A stretch of 64,000 nt of DNA, taken from contig CAWDPO010000014.1 of the NCBI GenBank assembly GCA_963804165.1, positions 99,918-163,917 on the forward strand, written 5' to 3'. A program made the translations under genes and the position numbers. Positions within the stretch are counted from its first letter, which is position 1. Each line of letters opens with the position of its first letter. This stretch comes from an uncultured delta proteobacterium (GTDB lineage Bacteria > Desulfobacterota > Binatia > UBA9968). The notes under the pieces were generated by a model that did no database searches, was not told the origin of the DNA, and saw nothing but the letters and a program-made list of their open reading frames with translations. Shown piece after piece: positions 30,602 to 41,443 of this stretch.

Positions 30602-32098
30602 TCACAGTGCCGTCGTGCTTCCCGGCGGTCTGCGGTGATGCGTCGCCTGCTCATAGGCGTAGGCGAACTTGATCAAGTTGCCGTCGTCGTAGGGGCGGCC
30701 GATGAAACAAAGGCCTGCGGGTAAATTGTCGCGCGTAAAACCCGCCGGAACGACGATGGTCGGCACATAAACGAGAAAGGTATTCAAATGCGGCGCGCCT
30801 TTTTGGTCGACGAAGGGCGGCGCGATTCCATCTTTTATTAAGGTCGGCTGATGTTCCACTGCTTTGTGCGCGATGGCGTCGAGTTTGTGATCGGCCATGA
30901 CCTTCAGGAGAGTGGTCATCAGCTCATCCTGCGCTTTGAGACTTTCATAATGTTTCGCGGCATCGGGCTTTCTCCCGAAGCGCTCCCGCGAGCGCTTGAC
31001 GACTTTGGCGAAGTCGGGCGAGGCGATGGCTTCTTCCGGCGTCTTGAACGGCGGATTGGCGCTGCGGCCGTAGTAGTTTTTAAACGATGCTTCACTGTCT
31101 CCTGGCCCGCCAGATCGTTTGGCGAGCAGCTCTTTGATTTTCGGAATGGCGATCGGATCGACGATCTCGGCGCCGGCGGCTTTTAATTCTCCGACGGCCC
31201 GGTCAAAAACTTCGGAGATCTTTTTGAAATCTTCTGAATCAGGCTCGGAATTCAGACCGATCGGCTCGCGCAGAATGCCGATGCGCGCCCCTTTGAGGCC
31301 ATTTTTGTTTAAAAAGTTTGTGAAAGTATCCGGGATATGTCCGACGCCGCGGGCGGTAATCGGATCTTCCGGATCGTAGCCGACCATGACATCGAGCAAC
31401 GTCGATAAATCTTTGACCGTGCGCGCCATCGGACCGAGCGAGCCGAAGATTTCCGGCCAGCAACCGTAGACGCCGCCGCGGCTGACAAGACCCGCGGATG
31501 GGCGCATTCCCACGATGCAGTTCCACGTCGATGGCCGGCGAATCGAGGCCAATCCTTCCTGGCCGACGGCCACGGTCGAGAAATTCGCCGAAACCGATGC
31601 CGCGGAGCCGCCCGACGATCCGCCGACCGTGCGTTCGGTATCGTACGGGTTGCGCGTCGAGCCGAAGAGCGAGCCGTGGGTGTCGCCGCCGCCGAGCTCG
31701 CCGAGGGTCGCTTTGCCCAATATGATCGCGCCGGCGTTGCGCAATTTCTCCGCGACGAACGAGTCGCGATCCGGAAAGTAATTTTTGAACAGCACCGAGC
31801 CGAGCGTCGTCGGCATGCCTTTGACATCGGCCTGATCCTTGATGATCAGCGGGATGCCGTGCAACGGGCCCACCGGACCGGATGCCTTGTAAGCGGCGTC
31901 GAGGCGGTCGGCTTCATTAAGGGCTTCGGCATTGATCGTGATGAGCGCATTGATGTTCGGGCCTTTCTTGTCGAACACGTCGATGCGGTCGAGATACATT
32001 TGAATTAACGTCCGACACGTGAGCTGCCCGGTTTTATAGGCGGCGTGGATGTCGTCGATTGTCGTTTCAAGAACGTTGAACGATGTGTTTGAAGCCAT
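30602..32098 (-). CDS. Amidase-signature family amidase
   Basis: GPLHGIP..KD, GGSSGGSA, GLASIRRP (Ser-cisSer-Lys region). Confidence 0.92.
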   Translation of the reverse strand: MASNTSFNVLETTIDDIHAAYKTGQLTCRTLIQMYLDRIDVFDKKGPNINALITINAEALNEADRLDAAYKASGPVGPLHGIPLIIKDQADVKGMPTTLGSVLFKNYFPDRDSFVAEKLRNAGAIILGKATLGELGGGDTHGSLFGSTRNPYDTERTVGGSSGGSAASVSANFSTVAVGQEGLASIRRPSTWNCIVGMRPSAGLVSRGGVYGCWPEIFGSLGPMARTVKDLSTLLDVMVGYDPEDPITARGVGHIPDTFTNFLNKNGLKGARIGILREPIGLNSEPDSEDFKKISEVFDRAVGELKAAGAEIVDPIAIPKIKELLAKRSGGPGDSEASFKNYYGRSANPPFKTPEEAIASPDFAKVVKRSRERFGRKPDAAKHYESLKAQDELMTTLLKVMADHKLDAIAHKAVEHQPTLIKDGIAPPFVDQKGAPHLNTFLVYVPTIVVPAGFTRDNLPAGLCFIGRPYDDGNLIKFAYAYEQATHHRRPPGSTTAL

Positions 32099-32119
32099 CG
32101 AAGTCTCCTCTTCTGATAA

Positions 32120-33043
32120 TTAAGGTCTGTTGAGCTCAGCGACGGGGCGTTGTCGAGCGGCAAGCCCCGTTGGCTTTACCGGCCATCGACGCAGGAAAGC
32201 GAGAAAATCCGTTGTGTTCCGCGAAAGGTGGGCGCCCCGACGATAGATGATGAAACGTTTGACGTCTCTCTGTTTCAGCAACGGGATGATCAGCGTCTTT
32301 AAGTATCCTTCTTTTAGACCCAGCGCGACGTTATCGCGGTAGAAAAAGCCGACGCCTAAACCGGATTGCACGGCAGCTTTCACGGCATCGTGGGAGTCGC
32401 ATTCCATCACGATATTGAGCTTGACTCCGGTTTCTTCGAGTAGTTTTGCGACCCTGCCGCCCCGCCAGATGATGATCGGGATTTGGGATATGACTTCTTG
32501 GGTCAGTTTATCTTTTTTGGCCAGTGGATGTTTGGCCGAAACCACGGCGGTTATCTTTTCGGAGCGAAACGGTTCCGCGACGATGTTCGGATGAGAAGAC
32601 GTTAAGGTGGTGAGTGCGATATCAACCTCGCCATTGAGCAGCATTTGCTCAATGTTCCGGCTGTCGGCTGTTAGCAGGATGTGCTGAACATTGGGGTGAC
32701 TTTGTCTGAATACTCTCAGCGCTTCGGGGAGAAACGATGCGGAGGTGCTGTGTGTGCTGGCAATCGTCAACGTCGCCGATTTTCTCTCTTTTTCGCCAAA
32801 GGATTCTTTGAGATGGTCGATCTGTCTTAAGATGGGTCTGATGTCATTGCGGAAGGATCGCCCCATTTCCGTAAGTTTTATGCCTCGGCCGAATTTAACG
32901 TGAAACTTTGTGCCGCATTCTTGTTCGAGGAGCCTTAACTGCTTGGAAATCGACGGCTGGCTGATACCGATCTCCTTGGCGGCTTTGGTGGTGTTGAGAT
33001 GCTTGGCCACCACGTCGAAAATCTTCAGCTGGTGCAGAGTCAT
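32120..33043 (-). CDS. LysR-family transcriptional regulator
   Basis: MTLHQLKIF..TKAAKEIGISQPSISKQLRLLEQE HTH; divergent from the 33321 operon. Confidence 0.92.
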   Translation of the reverse strand: MTLHQLKIFDVVAKHLNTTKAAKEIGISQPSISKQLRLLEQECGTKFHVKFGRGIKLTEMGRSFRNDIRPILRQIDHLKESFGEKERKSATLTIASTHSTSASFLPEALRVFRQSHPNVQHILLTADSRNIEQMLLNGEVDIALTTLTSSHPNIVAEPFRSEKITAVVSAKHPLAKKDKLTQEVISQIPIIIWRGGRVAKLLEETGVKLNIVMECDSHDAVKAAVQSGLGVGFFYRDNVALGLKEGYLKTLIIPLLKQRDVKRFIIYRRGAHLSRNTTDFLAFLRRWPVKPTGLAARQRPVAELNRP

Positions 33044-33320
33044 TTTATATATTTCTCTTGGGGAATCTGAATTGGGAACTGCGACGAACTTAGCTCGTTT
33101 CTGGGGCGGAAACAATAACCAAAAGTCTATACGAGCGAGTCGAAAAAAGTATTGGACAATTGTTTTGTGAGCTGTTAGTCGTCGCGCCAAGAACGGGCTT
33201 GGGAAAGTTGCGACGCCAGTGGTAAGTTGACGTGGATTCAAACGCCGCCGCCGCGCGATCGGCTGATTTGAGTCATCGAATTACCGGAAAGGAGAGAGTC
33301 ATACGAAGGATATAAAAGAA

Positions 33321-33986
33321 TTGCGCGAGGAACTTCTGTTCGGCACCCGGTTATTGTTCAAGGATCTGCGCGATCCGTGGGGCCACATCGCGGTGCGCTT
33401 GCCGGAGAGCGACGGCCGCAAGGGATTTATGCTCAAGCATGTGCGCGTTCCTCCTCCGCCCGGGGATCACGAAGAAATCATGGTCTTCGACTACGAAGGG
33501 AACCTGCTCGAGGGAAAGCGCATCCTCCCGTGGGAGCTGCCGATTTATACCCATATTTTTAAATCTCGGCCCGATGCCGAGAGCGTGATTCACACTCATC
33601 CCAAAGCGGCGACCGCGCTGAGCATGGCCGGAAAGACCGTTTTCGCGATCACGCATCAATCGGCGCAATACGGACATGGCATTCCGATCTTTCCGGGAGA
33701 CATGATCAATAGCCGCGAGCTGGGTGCTGGACTTGCCGAGACGCTGGGTTCGCAGTGCGCGGCGCTGCTCAAAGGCCACGGTGCCGTTGCGGTAGGAAAA
33801 AGCGTCGGCGACGCGGTGCAAAATACCCTGTATCTCGAACAGGCCGCGCAGCAGCAAATTTGGGCCGCAACCCTGGGAACTCCGGAGCTGCTCGAAGATC
33901 GGTTGATCGATTTTCACAAAAATCGGCCGCTCGGCGACGGCGGGTTGGCGCTCTGGTACACGGAAATGCACTACGACAAAAAGTAG
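33321..33986 (+). CDS. Class II aldolase/adducin family protein
   Basis: WGHIAVR, RPDAESVIHTHP, LLKGHGAV. True start is probably near 33301 (RBS GGAGAG, then 'atacg'). Confidence 0.85.
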   Translation: MREELLFGTRLLFKDLRDPWGHIAVRLPESDGRKGFMLKHVRVPPPPGDHEEIMVFDYEGNLLEGKRILPWELPIYTHIFKSRPDAESVIHTHPKAATALSMAGKTVFAITHQSAQYGHGIPIFPGDMINSRELGAGLAETLGSQCAALLKGHGAVAVGKSVGDAVQNTLYLEQAAQQQIWAATLGTPELLEDRLIDFHKNRPLGDGGLALWYTEMHYDKK

Positions 33987-34034
33987 TAGCGCGGATGGAT
34001 GATTTAACCATCGAGATCCCTTGAGGAGTAAATT

Positions 34035-35006
34035 ATGGCGCAGATCGTTTTAGGGCTGGCGACTTCTCACAGTCCAATGCTGAGCGCTCCCGTCGAGCAG
34101 TGGACAGCCGGGTTTGGCGCGAAAGACGCGCTCGATGCCCGACTAGGAGATTTCCAGGACCTGCGCCGGCAAAATGCCGCGCGGGTGTCCCAAGAGTTGA
34201 CCCCTGAGAAATTGCAGGAACGCCATGCCGCCGTGCAAAGAGGTATCGCGTCGATCGCCGCGACGTTAACGCGGGTTTCGCCGGATGCAGTCTTGATTGT
34301 CGGCGACGATCAATACGAGCTGTTCCGCGAAGACCATATCCCTGCCCTGAATGTCTACTGGGGAGACGCGATAGAGCGTGCCCCGGTGCAGCTCGATAAC
34401 GTGCCGAGTTTTCGCCGCTCGGCCATGTGGGCGTACTATCCAGAGCGGCCGGAACAATATGCTTGCAACGCAGCCCTCGGCAGGCACGTCATTGAATCTC
34501 TGATCAAACGGGGATTTGATCTCGCACACACGCGCTCCGTTCCGACGGACCGAGAAATCGGCCATGCCTTCACCTTTGTCGTGCGCCGATTGATGACGGA
34601 CCACATTATTCCCCAGGTTCCGCTCATGTTGAACACCTACTATCCGCCGACCCAGCCGACGCTCAGACGCTGTTACGCTCTAGGCCGAGCCTTGCGAGAA
34701 GTCATCGAAAGCTGGGACGAAAATAAATCCGTGGCGATCGTCGCCTCGGGCGGGCTGTCTCATTTCGTTCTCGATGAAGAACTCGACAGGGGAATGCTGG
34801 CCGCAATGGAAAAAAAGGACACCGCTGGAATATGCGGTTGGCCGGAAGCGAAGTTCCAGTTGGGCAGCTCGGAAATAAAGACCTGGGTCGTGCTCGCGGG
34901 CGCAATGGAAGAGAGCGCGCTGCAAATGCGAATTTTAAACTACCTTCCTTGCTATCGTTCCGATGGCGGCACCGGAGTCGGTGCGGGATTTGCCGAGTGG
35001 GTTTGA
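34035..35006 (+). CDS. Class III (LigB/LigZ-like) extradiol dioxygenase
   Basis: MAQIVLGLATSHSP, GDDQYELF, GHAF, NTYYPPTQP, ASGGLSHF, YLPCYRS..GTG. Confidence 0.88.
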   Translation: MAQIVLGLATSHSPMLSAPVEQWTAGFGAKDALDARLGDFQDLRRQNAARVSQELTPEKLQERHAAVQRGIASIAATLTRVSPDAVLIVGDDQYELFREDHIPALNVYWGDAIERAPVQLDNVPSFRRSAMWAYYPERPEQYACNAALGRHVIESLIKRGFDLAHTRSVPTDREIGHAFTFVVRRLMTDHIIPQVPLMLNTYYPPTQPTLRRCYALGRALREVIESWDENKSVAIVASGGLSHFVLDEELDRGMLAAMEKKDTAGICGWPEAKFQLGSSEIKTWVVLAGAMEESALQMRILNYLPCYRSDGGTGVGAGFAEWV

Positions 35007-35060
35007 TGCAGACTTAGCGGGTGACAGCAGATTCACGGAAGAGAATTCGAAGGAGCAATT

Positions 35061-35441
35061 ATGGCGAGGAGAGAAGTCATCGATATTCCCGGAGTGGCGC
35101 ATCAGGCGCCGATTCCCAACGGCGTTAAGATCGGCAATATGGTTTTTTCCTCGGCGATCTCAGGTCGGGACGCAAAAACTAATGAGTTGCCTACCGACGC
35201 GGATCAGCAGGCGAAATTGCTGTTTCAGAACTTACGCACGTTCATGACCCACGCCGGCGGCAGCCCGGACGACATCGGTCACGTGACGCTTTACATCAAA
35301 GACGAGCGCCAGCGGGACATCGTCAACCGTTATTGGATCGAAATGTTCCCTAACGAAAAAGATCGTCCCGCGCGCCATGCGGTTAGCGCCGATCTGCGCG
35401 GCGGCATGCTCTTCCAGCTGGAGATCATCGCGGTTCTTTGA
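35061..35441 (+). CDS. RidA/YjgF family protein
   Basis: HQAPIP..KIGNMVFSSAISG, RPARH, QLEIIAVL. Confidence 0.88.
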   Translation: MARREVIDIPGVAHQAPIPNGVKIGNMVFSSAISGRDAKTNELPTDADQQAKLLFQNLRTFMTHAGGSPDDIGHVTLYIKDERQRDIVNRYWIEMFPNEKDRPARHAVSADLRGGMLFQLEIIAVL

Positions 35442-35747
35442 TTGAGAGACGGTCTTTCATTCACCGGACAAGCGCCGGCGCGCGCGTCCAAATTGTCGAT
35501 CATAGACCAGGAACTTTTTTGTGACTCGCGCAAAAGGCGCAATCGCACCACGTGACGGGCGTCGGTCCGTCGTCCCGAGCTTAAGCGAGGGAGCTAAAAG
35601 AGATTTCTCGCTTTGCTCGAAATGACAACGCGCGTTCTTCGCGTCTCAGCGCGAGAACTAAGTTTGTTCGCTTACAACTACGCCAAGCGGGAGACGCGTT
35701 GAGAGCTGGGTCAGTGCAATTTCGGATCTACGATAGGGAGTAGCAAC

Positions 35748-37823
35748 ATGGCGAAATGGCGAGTTGGAATCGACATCGGCGGGACATTCACCGACGTTGT
35801 CGGCACGGACGTCGAGACGGGGAAGCTGTACGTGACCAAAGTGCCGTCGATACCGGCGGATCCTTCACGGGCGGTGACTTCGGGTCTGCAGAGCTTGTTT
35901 GAGAATTATGCTGAGATCAAACCCGCGGACGTCGAATTTTTCGCGCACGGCACGACGGTGGCAACCAACGCGCTGATCGAAGGAAAAGGCGCCGAGGCGG
36001 GACTCTTGATCACCCGCGGTTTTCGCGCCATTTACGACATGCGCGGCGGCGCGCGGCCGACCGGTTCCGATCTGATCGACGCTTTTTATCAAAAGCCGGT
36101 GGGTCTGGTGCCGCAAAAACTGACCGACGAGATCGGCGGGCGCATCGCCTACGACGGCAGCGAATTGGAACCCTTCGACGAAGAATCCGTGCGGCGCGCG
36201 GCCAAGCGCCTGCGTGGGTTGGGCGTCAAATCCATCGCCGTCTGTTACCTTTTTTCGTTCATGAACTCGAGCCATGAGGAGCGCACGGCGCAAATCATCC
36301 AGGAAGAGCATCCCGAGTGCCGGGTGTCGTTGTCGAGCTTGGTTCTGCCGGTGATCCGAGAGTATCAGCGCCTCTCGACGACGGTGCTCGACGCCTACGT
36401 CGGGCCGGTGGTGGCGAATTATTTAAAGAGGTTGTCCGGGCGGCTGCGCGACTGCGGCCTCATTGCGAAAGGCATGTTCATTATGCAGTCCAACGGCGGA
36501 CTGATGCGTATCGACATCGCCGCCAACTATCCCAATCAGACGTTGCTTTCAGGTCCGGCGGCGGGCGTCGTATTCGGCGCCAGCGTCGGCCAAGTCACCG
36601 GAGAGCGCAACGTCGTCACCTTCGACATGGGCGGAACGAGCACCGACATCAGCGTGATGCCGAACAACAGTTACCAGGAAACGCGGCAGGGCAAAATTCA
36701 CAATCAGGATATCGGCACGCCGATGATTCAGATTCGCACCCTCGGCGCGGGCGGCGGCACCATCGCGTGGATCGGTCCGGATGGTTTGCTCAAGGCGGGG
36801 CCAAAGTCCGCCGGCGCGGATCCGGGTCCGGCATGTTACGGTCTCGGCGGCGTGGAGCCGACCATCACCGACGCCAACATCGTTTTGGGCTATCTCAATC
36901 CAAAAAATTTCATCGGCGGGCGCGTGAAGATCGATCCCGAACTCGCCGAGAAAGCGATCAGCGAACGCATCGCCAAACCGCTCGGCTTGAGTCTGCAGAG
37001 CGCGGCGTTGGGAATCATCCAGGTGGTCAACGTCAATATGGAAGTCGGGTTGAGACTATCGTTCATCGAAAAGGGTCTCGATCCGCGTGCTTTCGCATTG
37101 GTTGCTTTTGGCGGGGCGGGACCCGTGCACGCTGCTCGGGTGGCGCGCAACATCGGCATCCCGCGCGTGGTGGTGCCGCCATACCCCGGGATCAGTTGCG
37201 CCATGGGCTTGCTGCAGACCGACGTGAAGCATCATTATCTCCAGAGCCGCATGACCTCGCTGCAGCGCATCGAATCGACGGAATTGAATCACTTGTTCTC
37301 CGGCCTCGAAGAGCGGGCTCTCCGCGAAGCGGAGCTCGAAGGATTCGATCCCAAGACGATCGAACTGCAGCGCCAGCTCGACCTGCGCTACCCGTTTCAA
37401 GGTTATGAATTGACCATCGATTGTCCCAACGAGCCGTTTGTCGAGGCGGATAAGGCAAAGGTGCGGGCGAGTTTCGACCGCTTGCACCAGGAAGTCTACG
37501 GCACGTCGAATCCGGGCGAGGTGCCGGACGTCGTGAACGTTCGAGTGTTGTCGTTGAGTCGGGTTGCCAAGCTCGATTTGCCGGAAAAAGCGGCCGGCAA
37601 AGGCGCGGAAAAAATTTCTCGCACGGAATCTCGACAGGCGCTGTTCCAAGAGCGCGACGAATACCTCGATACGCCGGTCTACCAGCGCGAAGCGCTGGCG
37701 GTCGGAGCGGTCATTGAGGGTCCGGCCATCGTCGAGCAGCTCGACTCGACGACCGTGATCTTGCCGCGGCAGAAAGCCAGCGTCGACCGTTACGGCCACT
37801 TGCTCGTCACGACGGAAGCCTGA
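35748..37823 (+). CDS. Hydantoinase A / 5-oxoprolinase family subunit
   Basis: GIDIGGTFTD, HGTTVATNA, SGPAAG, DMGGTSTD, SAGADPGPACY, FGGAGP.H. Confidence 0.95.
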   Translation: MAKWRVGIDIGGTFTDVVGTDVETGKLYVTKVPSIPADPSRAVTSGLQSLFENYAEIKPADVEFFAHGTTVATNALIEGKGAEAGLLITRGFRAIYDMRGGARPTGSDLIDAFYQKPVGLVPQKLTDEIGGRIAYDGSELEPFDEESVRRAAKRLRGLGVKSIAVCYLFSFMNSSHEERTAQIIQEEHPECRVSLSSLVLPVIREYQRLSTTVLDAYVGPVVANYLKRLSGRLRDCGLIAKGMFIMQSNGGLMRIDIAANYPNQTLLSGPAAGVVFGASVGQVTGERNVVTFDMGGTSTDISVMPNNSYQETRQGKIHNQDIGTPMIQIRTLGAGGGTIAWIGPDGLLKAGPKSAGADPGPACYGLGGVEPTITDANIVLGYLNPKNFIGGRVKIDPELAEKAISERIAKPLGLSLQSAALGIIQVVNVNMEVGLRLSFIEKGLDPRAFALVAFGGAGPVHAARVARNIGIPRVVVPPYPGISCAMGLLQTDVKHHYLQSRMTSLQRIESTELNHLFSGLEERALREAELEGFDPKTIELQRQLDLRYPFQGYELTIDCPNEPFVEADKAKVRASFDRLHQEVYGTSNPGEVPDVVNVRVLSLSRVAKLDLPEKAAGKGAEKISRTESRQALFQERDEYLDTPVYQREALAVGAVIEGPAIVEQLDSTTVILPRQKASVDRYGHLLVTTEA

Positions 37824-37834
37824 CAGACGATCCG

Positions 37835-39556
37835 ATGGAACTCGACATCATCACATTGGAAATTATCAAGAACCGGCTGCGCGAGATCGGCTCGACGATG
37901 GAGCACCTGCTCTTTCACAGCGGCTACTCGACGATCCTGCGCGAGTCACGCGACGGCTCGGCGGGGATTTGCGACATCGACGGCTACGCCGTCGAAGCCG
38001 CCGGCGCACCGCTGCACATTTATCCTTACCACCTTAGCATCCAGGGCATCTTGCGGAATTATCCGCTGGCAGAGATGCAAGACGGCGACTGTTACATTCT
38101 CACCGATCCGTATTTAGGCGGAGTGTTGCACGTGCCCGACGTGGTCATCGTCACGCCGATATTCGTCGACGGGGCGATCATCGGCTTCAGCGTCAGCATC
38201 GCGCACAAGCCGGACTTGGGCGGGTTGGTGCCGGGCTCCTCGGGAGCGGGATCGCGAGAGATTTTTCACGAAGGGCTTTTGCTGCCCGGAGTAAAATACT
38301 GGACCAAGGACGGAGTGATCAAAGAAGTCGAAGCGATCATCAAGCGCAACTGCCGGATACCGGAGATCATCGCCGGAGATTTGCGAGCCCAGGTGGGTTG
38401 CACCATGGTCGGAGCGCAGCGCATCCGCGAGCTATGTGCCGAGTACGGGACGGACACGATCAAGTTCGCATTCTCAGAATTACTGCGGCTGACCGAGCAG
38501 CGGGTGCGCCAGGGGCTAGCCAGTTGGCCGGACGGAGAAGCGGAAGCGGAAGGATTGGTTGACGACGACGGGGTGGACATCGATAAGGCGCTGCGGCTGC
38601 ACGTCAAGGTGATCAAGAAGGGCGACGGAATTACGTTCGACTACAGCGGCATGCACGAGCAAGTGAAGGGACCGATCAACTTGCGACCGCAGACGGCGCA
38701 GGTCGCGGCGCTGTTGGCGGTGCTGAATTATCTCGATCCGACGATTCCGATCAACGACGGCGTTTGCCGGCCGCTGTCCTTCATCAACCCCGAAGGCAAG
38801 ATCACCAATCCGCGCTGGCCCGCGCCGATCAATAGCTACTATGGGCTCACTCACGTTTTGAAAAGCACCATCGGCACCGCGCTGGCTGAGTTCAACCCTG
38901 GGCGCGCGGTCGCCTGCTCCGGCCTCGGGCTCGGCGCCATCGGCATCGGCCATCAGCAAAACCGCGCCGGGCGCAAGGCGGTACAGTACGAACTATTCGT
39001 GACTTCGCAGGGCGGCACGTCGGATCATGACGGTTCCTCCGGCGTGACGATGCTCAACGGCACGCCGAACACGCCGGTGGAAATCATCGAGACGGAATTC
39101 CCCGTGCGGCTGCGCCGCTACGAATGGATTACCGACTCGGCGGGCTCCGGGCAATTTCGCGGCGGCCTCGGTAATCGCAAGGAGTACGAAGTGCTGGGCG
39201 ATGCCACGTTGACGGTGCGCCTCGGCCACCAGTTCAAGCACGCCGGCTGGGGCGTGCTCGGCGGTCAAGCGCCGGCCGCCCTGCGCGCCTATCTCAATCG
39301 TGGTACGGACAAGGAGCGGTTGTTGCGGCCGTTGGAAACGGTTCAACTCACCAAAGGCGATACGTTCTGCATCGAGATGCCGGGTGGCGGCGGCTTCGGC
39401 GATCCGCGGCAGCGCGAGTCGCAGAGAGTTCTCGACGACGTGCTCAATGGCTGTGTTTCCATCGAAGCGGCCGAACACGACTACAAGGTGGTCATCGACC
39501 CGACATTGCTGACCATCGATGCGGAGAAAACCAGCAAGCTGCGGGAAATGAAATAG
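37835..39556 (+). CDS. Hydantoinase B / oxoprolinase family subunit (copy 1)
   Basis: S.ILRESRD.S, DPY.GG.LH.PD, EIFHEG, NTPVE..E..FP, DSAG.G..RGG.G, PGGGGFGDP. Confidence 0.95.
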   Translation: MELDIITLEIIKNRLREIGSTMEHLLFHSGYSTILRESRDGSAGICDIDGYAVEAAGAPLHIYPYHLSIQGILRNYPLAEMQDGDCYILTDPYLGGVLHVPDVVIVTPIFVDGAIIGFSVSIAHKPDLGGLVPGSSGAGSREIFHEGLLLPGVKYWTKDGVIKEVEAIIKRNCRIPEIIAGDLRAQVGCTMVGAQRIRELCAEYGTDTIKFAFSELLRLTEQRVRQGLASWPDGEAEAEGLVDDDGVDIDKALRLHVKVIKKGDGITFDYSGMHEQVKGPINLRPQTAQVAALLAVLNYLDPTIPINDGVCRPLSFINPEGKITNPRWPAPINSYYGLTHVLKSTIGTALAEFNPGRAVACSGLGLGAIGIGHQQNRAGRKAVQYELFVTSQGGTSDHDGSSGVTMLNGTPNTPVEIIETEFPVRLRRYEWITDSAGSGQFRGGLGNRKEYEVLGDATLTVRLGHQFKHAGWGVLGGQAPAALRAYLNRGTDKERLLRPLETVQLTKGDTFCIEMPGGGGFGDPRQRESQRVLDDVLNGCVSIEAAEHDYKVVIDPTLLTIDAEKTSKLREMK

Positions 39557-39585
39557 ACGTTTCTTAATGTTTGCGATCGACAAAT

Positions 39586-39644
39586 GTAGGGGCAGGCCCC
39601 TGTGCCTGCCCGGAATTCGGGCGACCACAGGGGGTCGCCCCTAC
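39586..39644. repeat. GTAG-type REP doublet
   Basis: GTAGGGGCAGGCCCCTGTGCCTGCCC followed by the inverted unit GGGCGACCACAGGGGGTCGCCCCTAC; partial relative at about 30513-30533. Confidence 0.8.
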
Positions 39645-39712
39645 AGGTACGAAATAGAATTATTAACGACGCACGACGGGGTTCACGTTCCGACCAAGCG
39701 GAGAACAGTTTA

Positions 39713-41443
39713 ATGGAACTCGACATCATCACGTTGGAAATTATCAAGAACCGGCTGCGCGAGATCGGCTCGACGATGGAGCACCTGCTCTTTCACAGCG
39801 GCTACTCGACGATCCTGCGCGAGTCGCGCGACGGCTCGGCGGGGATCTGCGACATCGACGGCTACGCCGTCGAAGCCGCCGGCGCGCCACTGCATCTCTG
39901 TCCCTATTATTTAAGTGTGCGCGGCATACTACGAAACTATCCGCTCGAAACGATGCAGGACGGGGATTGCTATATTCTCACCGATCCGTATTTAGGCGGA
40001 GTGTTGCACGTGCCCGACGTGGTCATCGTCACGCCGATATTCGTCGACGGGGCGATCATCGGCTTCAGCGTCAGCATCGCGCACAAGCCGGACCTGGGCG
40101 GACTAGTGCCGGGCTCCTCGGGAGCGGGATCGAGAGAGATATTTCACGAAGGGTTATTGCTGCCCGGAGTAAAATACTGGACCAAGGACGGAGTGATCAA
40201 AGAAGTCGAAGCGATCATCAAGCGCAACTGCCGGATACCGGAGATCATCGCCGGAGATTTGCGAGCCCAGGTGGGTTGCACCATGGTGGGAGCGCAGCGT
40301 ATCCGCGAGTTATGCGCCGAGTATGGGACGGATACGATCAAGTTCGCATTCTCAGAATTACTGCGGCTGACCGAGCAGCGGGTGCGCCAGGGGCTAGCCA
40401 GTTGGCCGGACGGAGAAGCGGAAGCGGAAGGATTGGTTGACGACGACGGGGTGGACATCGATAAGGCGCTGCGGCTGCACGTCAAGGTGATCAAGAAGGG
40501 CGACGGAATTACGTTCGACTACAGCGGCATGCATGAACAGGTCAAAGGGCCGATTAATCTGCGGCCGCAATCGTCGGAGGTCTCCGCTTTGCTGGCGCTG
40601 CTGGCAAACCTCGACCCGACGATTCCGATCAACGACGGCGTGCGCCGGCCGATCTCCTTCATCAACCCTGAGGGAAAAATTACCAATCCGCGCTGGCCGG
40701 CGCCGGTGAATAGTTATTACGGATTATCCAATGTGCTCTACAGCACCATCGGCAGAGCGCTCGCTGAATTCAATCCGCGCCGGGCCGTCGGCTCCGCCGG
40801 ACTGGGGCTCGGCGCCATCGCCGTCGGGTATCAGCAAAACCGCGCCGGACGCAAAGCGGTGCAGTACGAGCTGTTCGTCACCTCGCAGGGTGGCACATCC
40901 GATCACGACGGTTCCTCGGGCACGGTCGGCTTTCTCAACTTCACACCGAACACGCCGATCGAGATCATCGAAACCGAATTTCCCGTGCGCGTGCGGCGCC
41001 ACGAATGGATTGCCGATTCGGCCGGCGCGGGCCGTTTCCGCGGCGGCTTGGGCAACTGCAAAGAATACGAAGTGCTCGAAGAGGCCGTGCTGACGCTGCG
41101 ACTCGGTCATCAGTTCAATCACGCGGGCTGGGGTGTGCTCGGCGGCAAAGCGCCGCCCACTGTGCGCGCCTTTTTGAATTCGGGGACGGATAAAGAGCGT
41201 CCGCTGCGGCCGTTGGAAACAGTTCACCTGACCAAGGGTGAAACTTTTCGCATCGAGATGCCGGGCGGCGGCGGCTTCGGCGATCCGCGATTACGGGAGC
41301 CGGCGCAGACTCTGAACGACGTGCTCAATGGTTATGTTTCCATTCGAACGGCTGAGAAAGAATACGGTGTCGTCATCGATCCAGTGAAATTGACCGTCGA
41401 CGTCGAAAAGACCACCGCATTGAGGGAGGGATCGGCAAAATGA
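39713..41443 (+). CDS. Hydantoinase B / oxoprolinase family subunit (copy 2)
   Basis: Near-identical to 37835-39556; start at MELDII (39713). Confidence 0.95.
   Translation: MELDIITLEIIKNRLREIGSTMEHLLFHSGYSTILRESRDGSAGICDIDGYAVEAAGAPLHLCPYYLSVRGILRNYPLETMQDGDCYILTDPYLGGVLHVPDVVIVTPIFVDGAIIGFSVSIAHKPDLGGLVPGSSGAGSREIFHEGLLLPGVKYWTKDGVIKEVEAIIKRNCRIPEIIAGDLRAQVGCTMVGAQRIRELCAEYGTDTIKFAFSELLRLTEQRVRQGLASWPDGEAEAEGLVDDDGVDIDKALRLHVKVIKKGDGITFDYSGMHEQVKGPINLRPQSSEVSALLALLANLDPTIPINDGVRRPISFINPEGKITNPRWPAPVNSYYGLSNVLYSTIGRALAEFNPRRAVGSAGLGLGAIAVGYQQNRAGRKAVQYELFVTSQGGTSDHDGSSGTVGFLNFTPNTPIEIIETEFPVRVRRHEWIADSAGAGRFRGGLGNCKEYEVLEEAVLTLRLGHQFNHAGWGVLGGKAPPTVRAFLNSGTDKERPLRPLETVHLTKGETFRIEMPGGGGFGDPRLREPAQTLNDVLNGYVSIRTAEKEYGVVIDPVKLTVDVEKTTALREGSAK

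Noticed and set aside
33110-33135. LysR T-N11-A box (ATAACCAAAAGTCTAT)
   Set aside because: Spacing is one base off and the symmetry is weak.
37835-41443. Diversity-generating retroelement behind the hyuB differences
   Set aside because: No reverse transcriptase; the differences are not adenine-specific and both copies are full genes.
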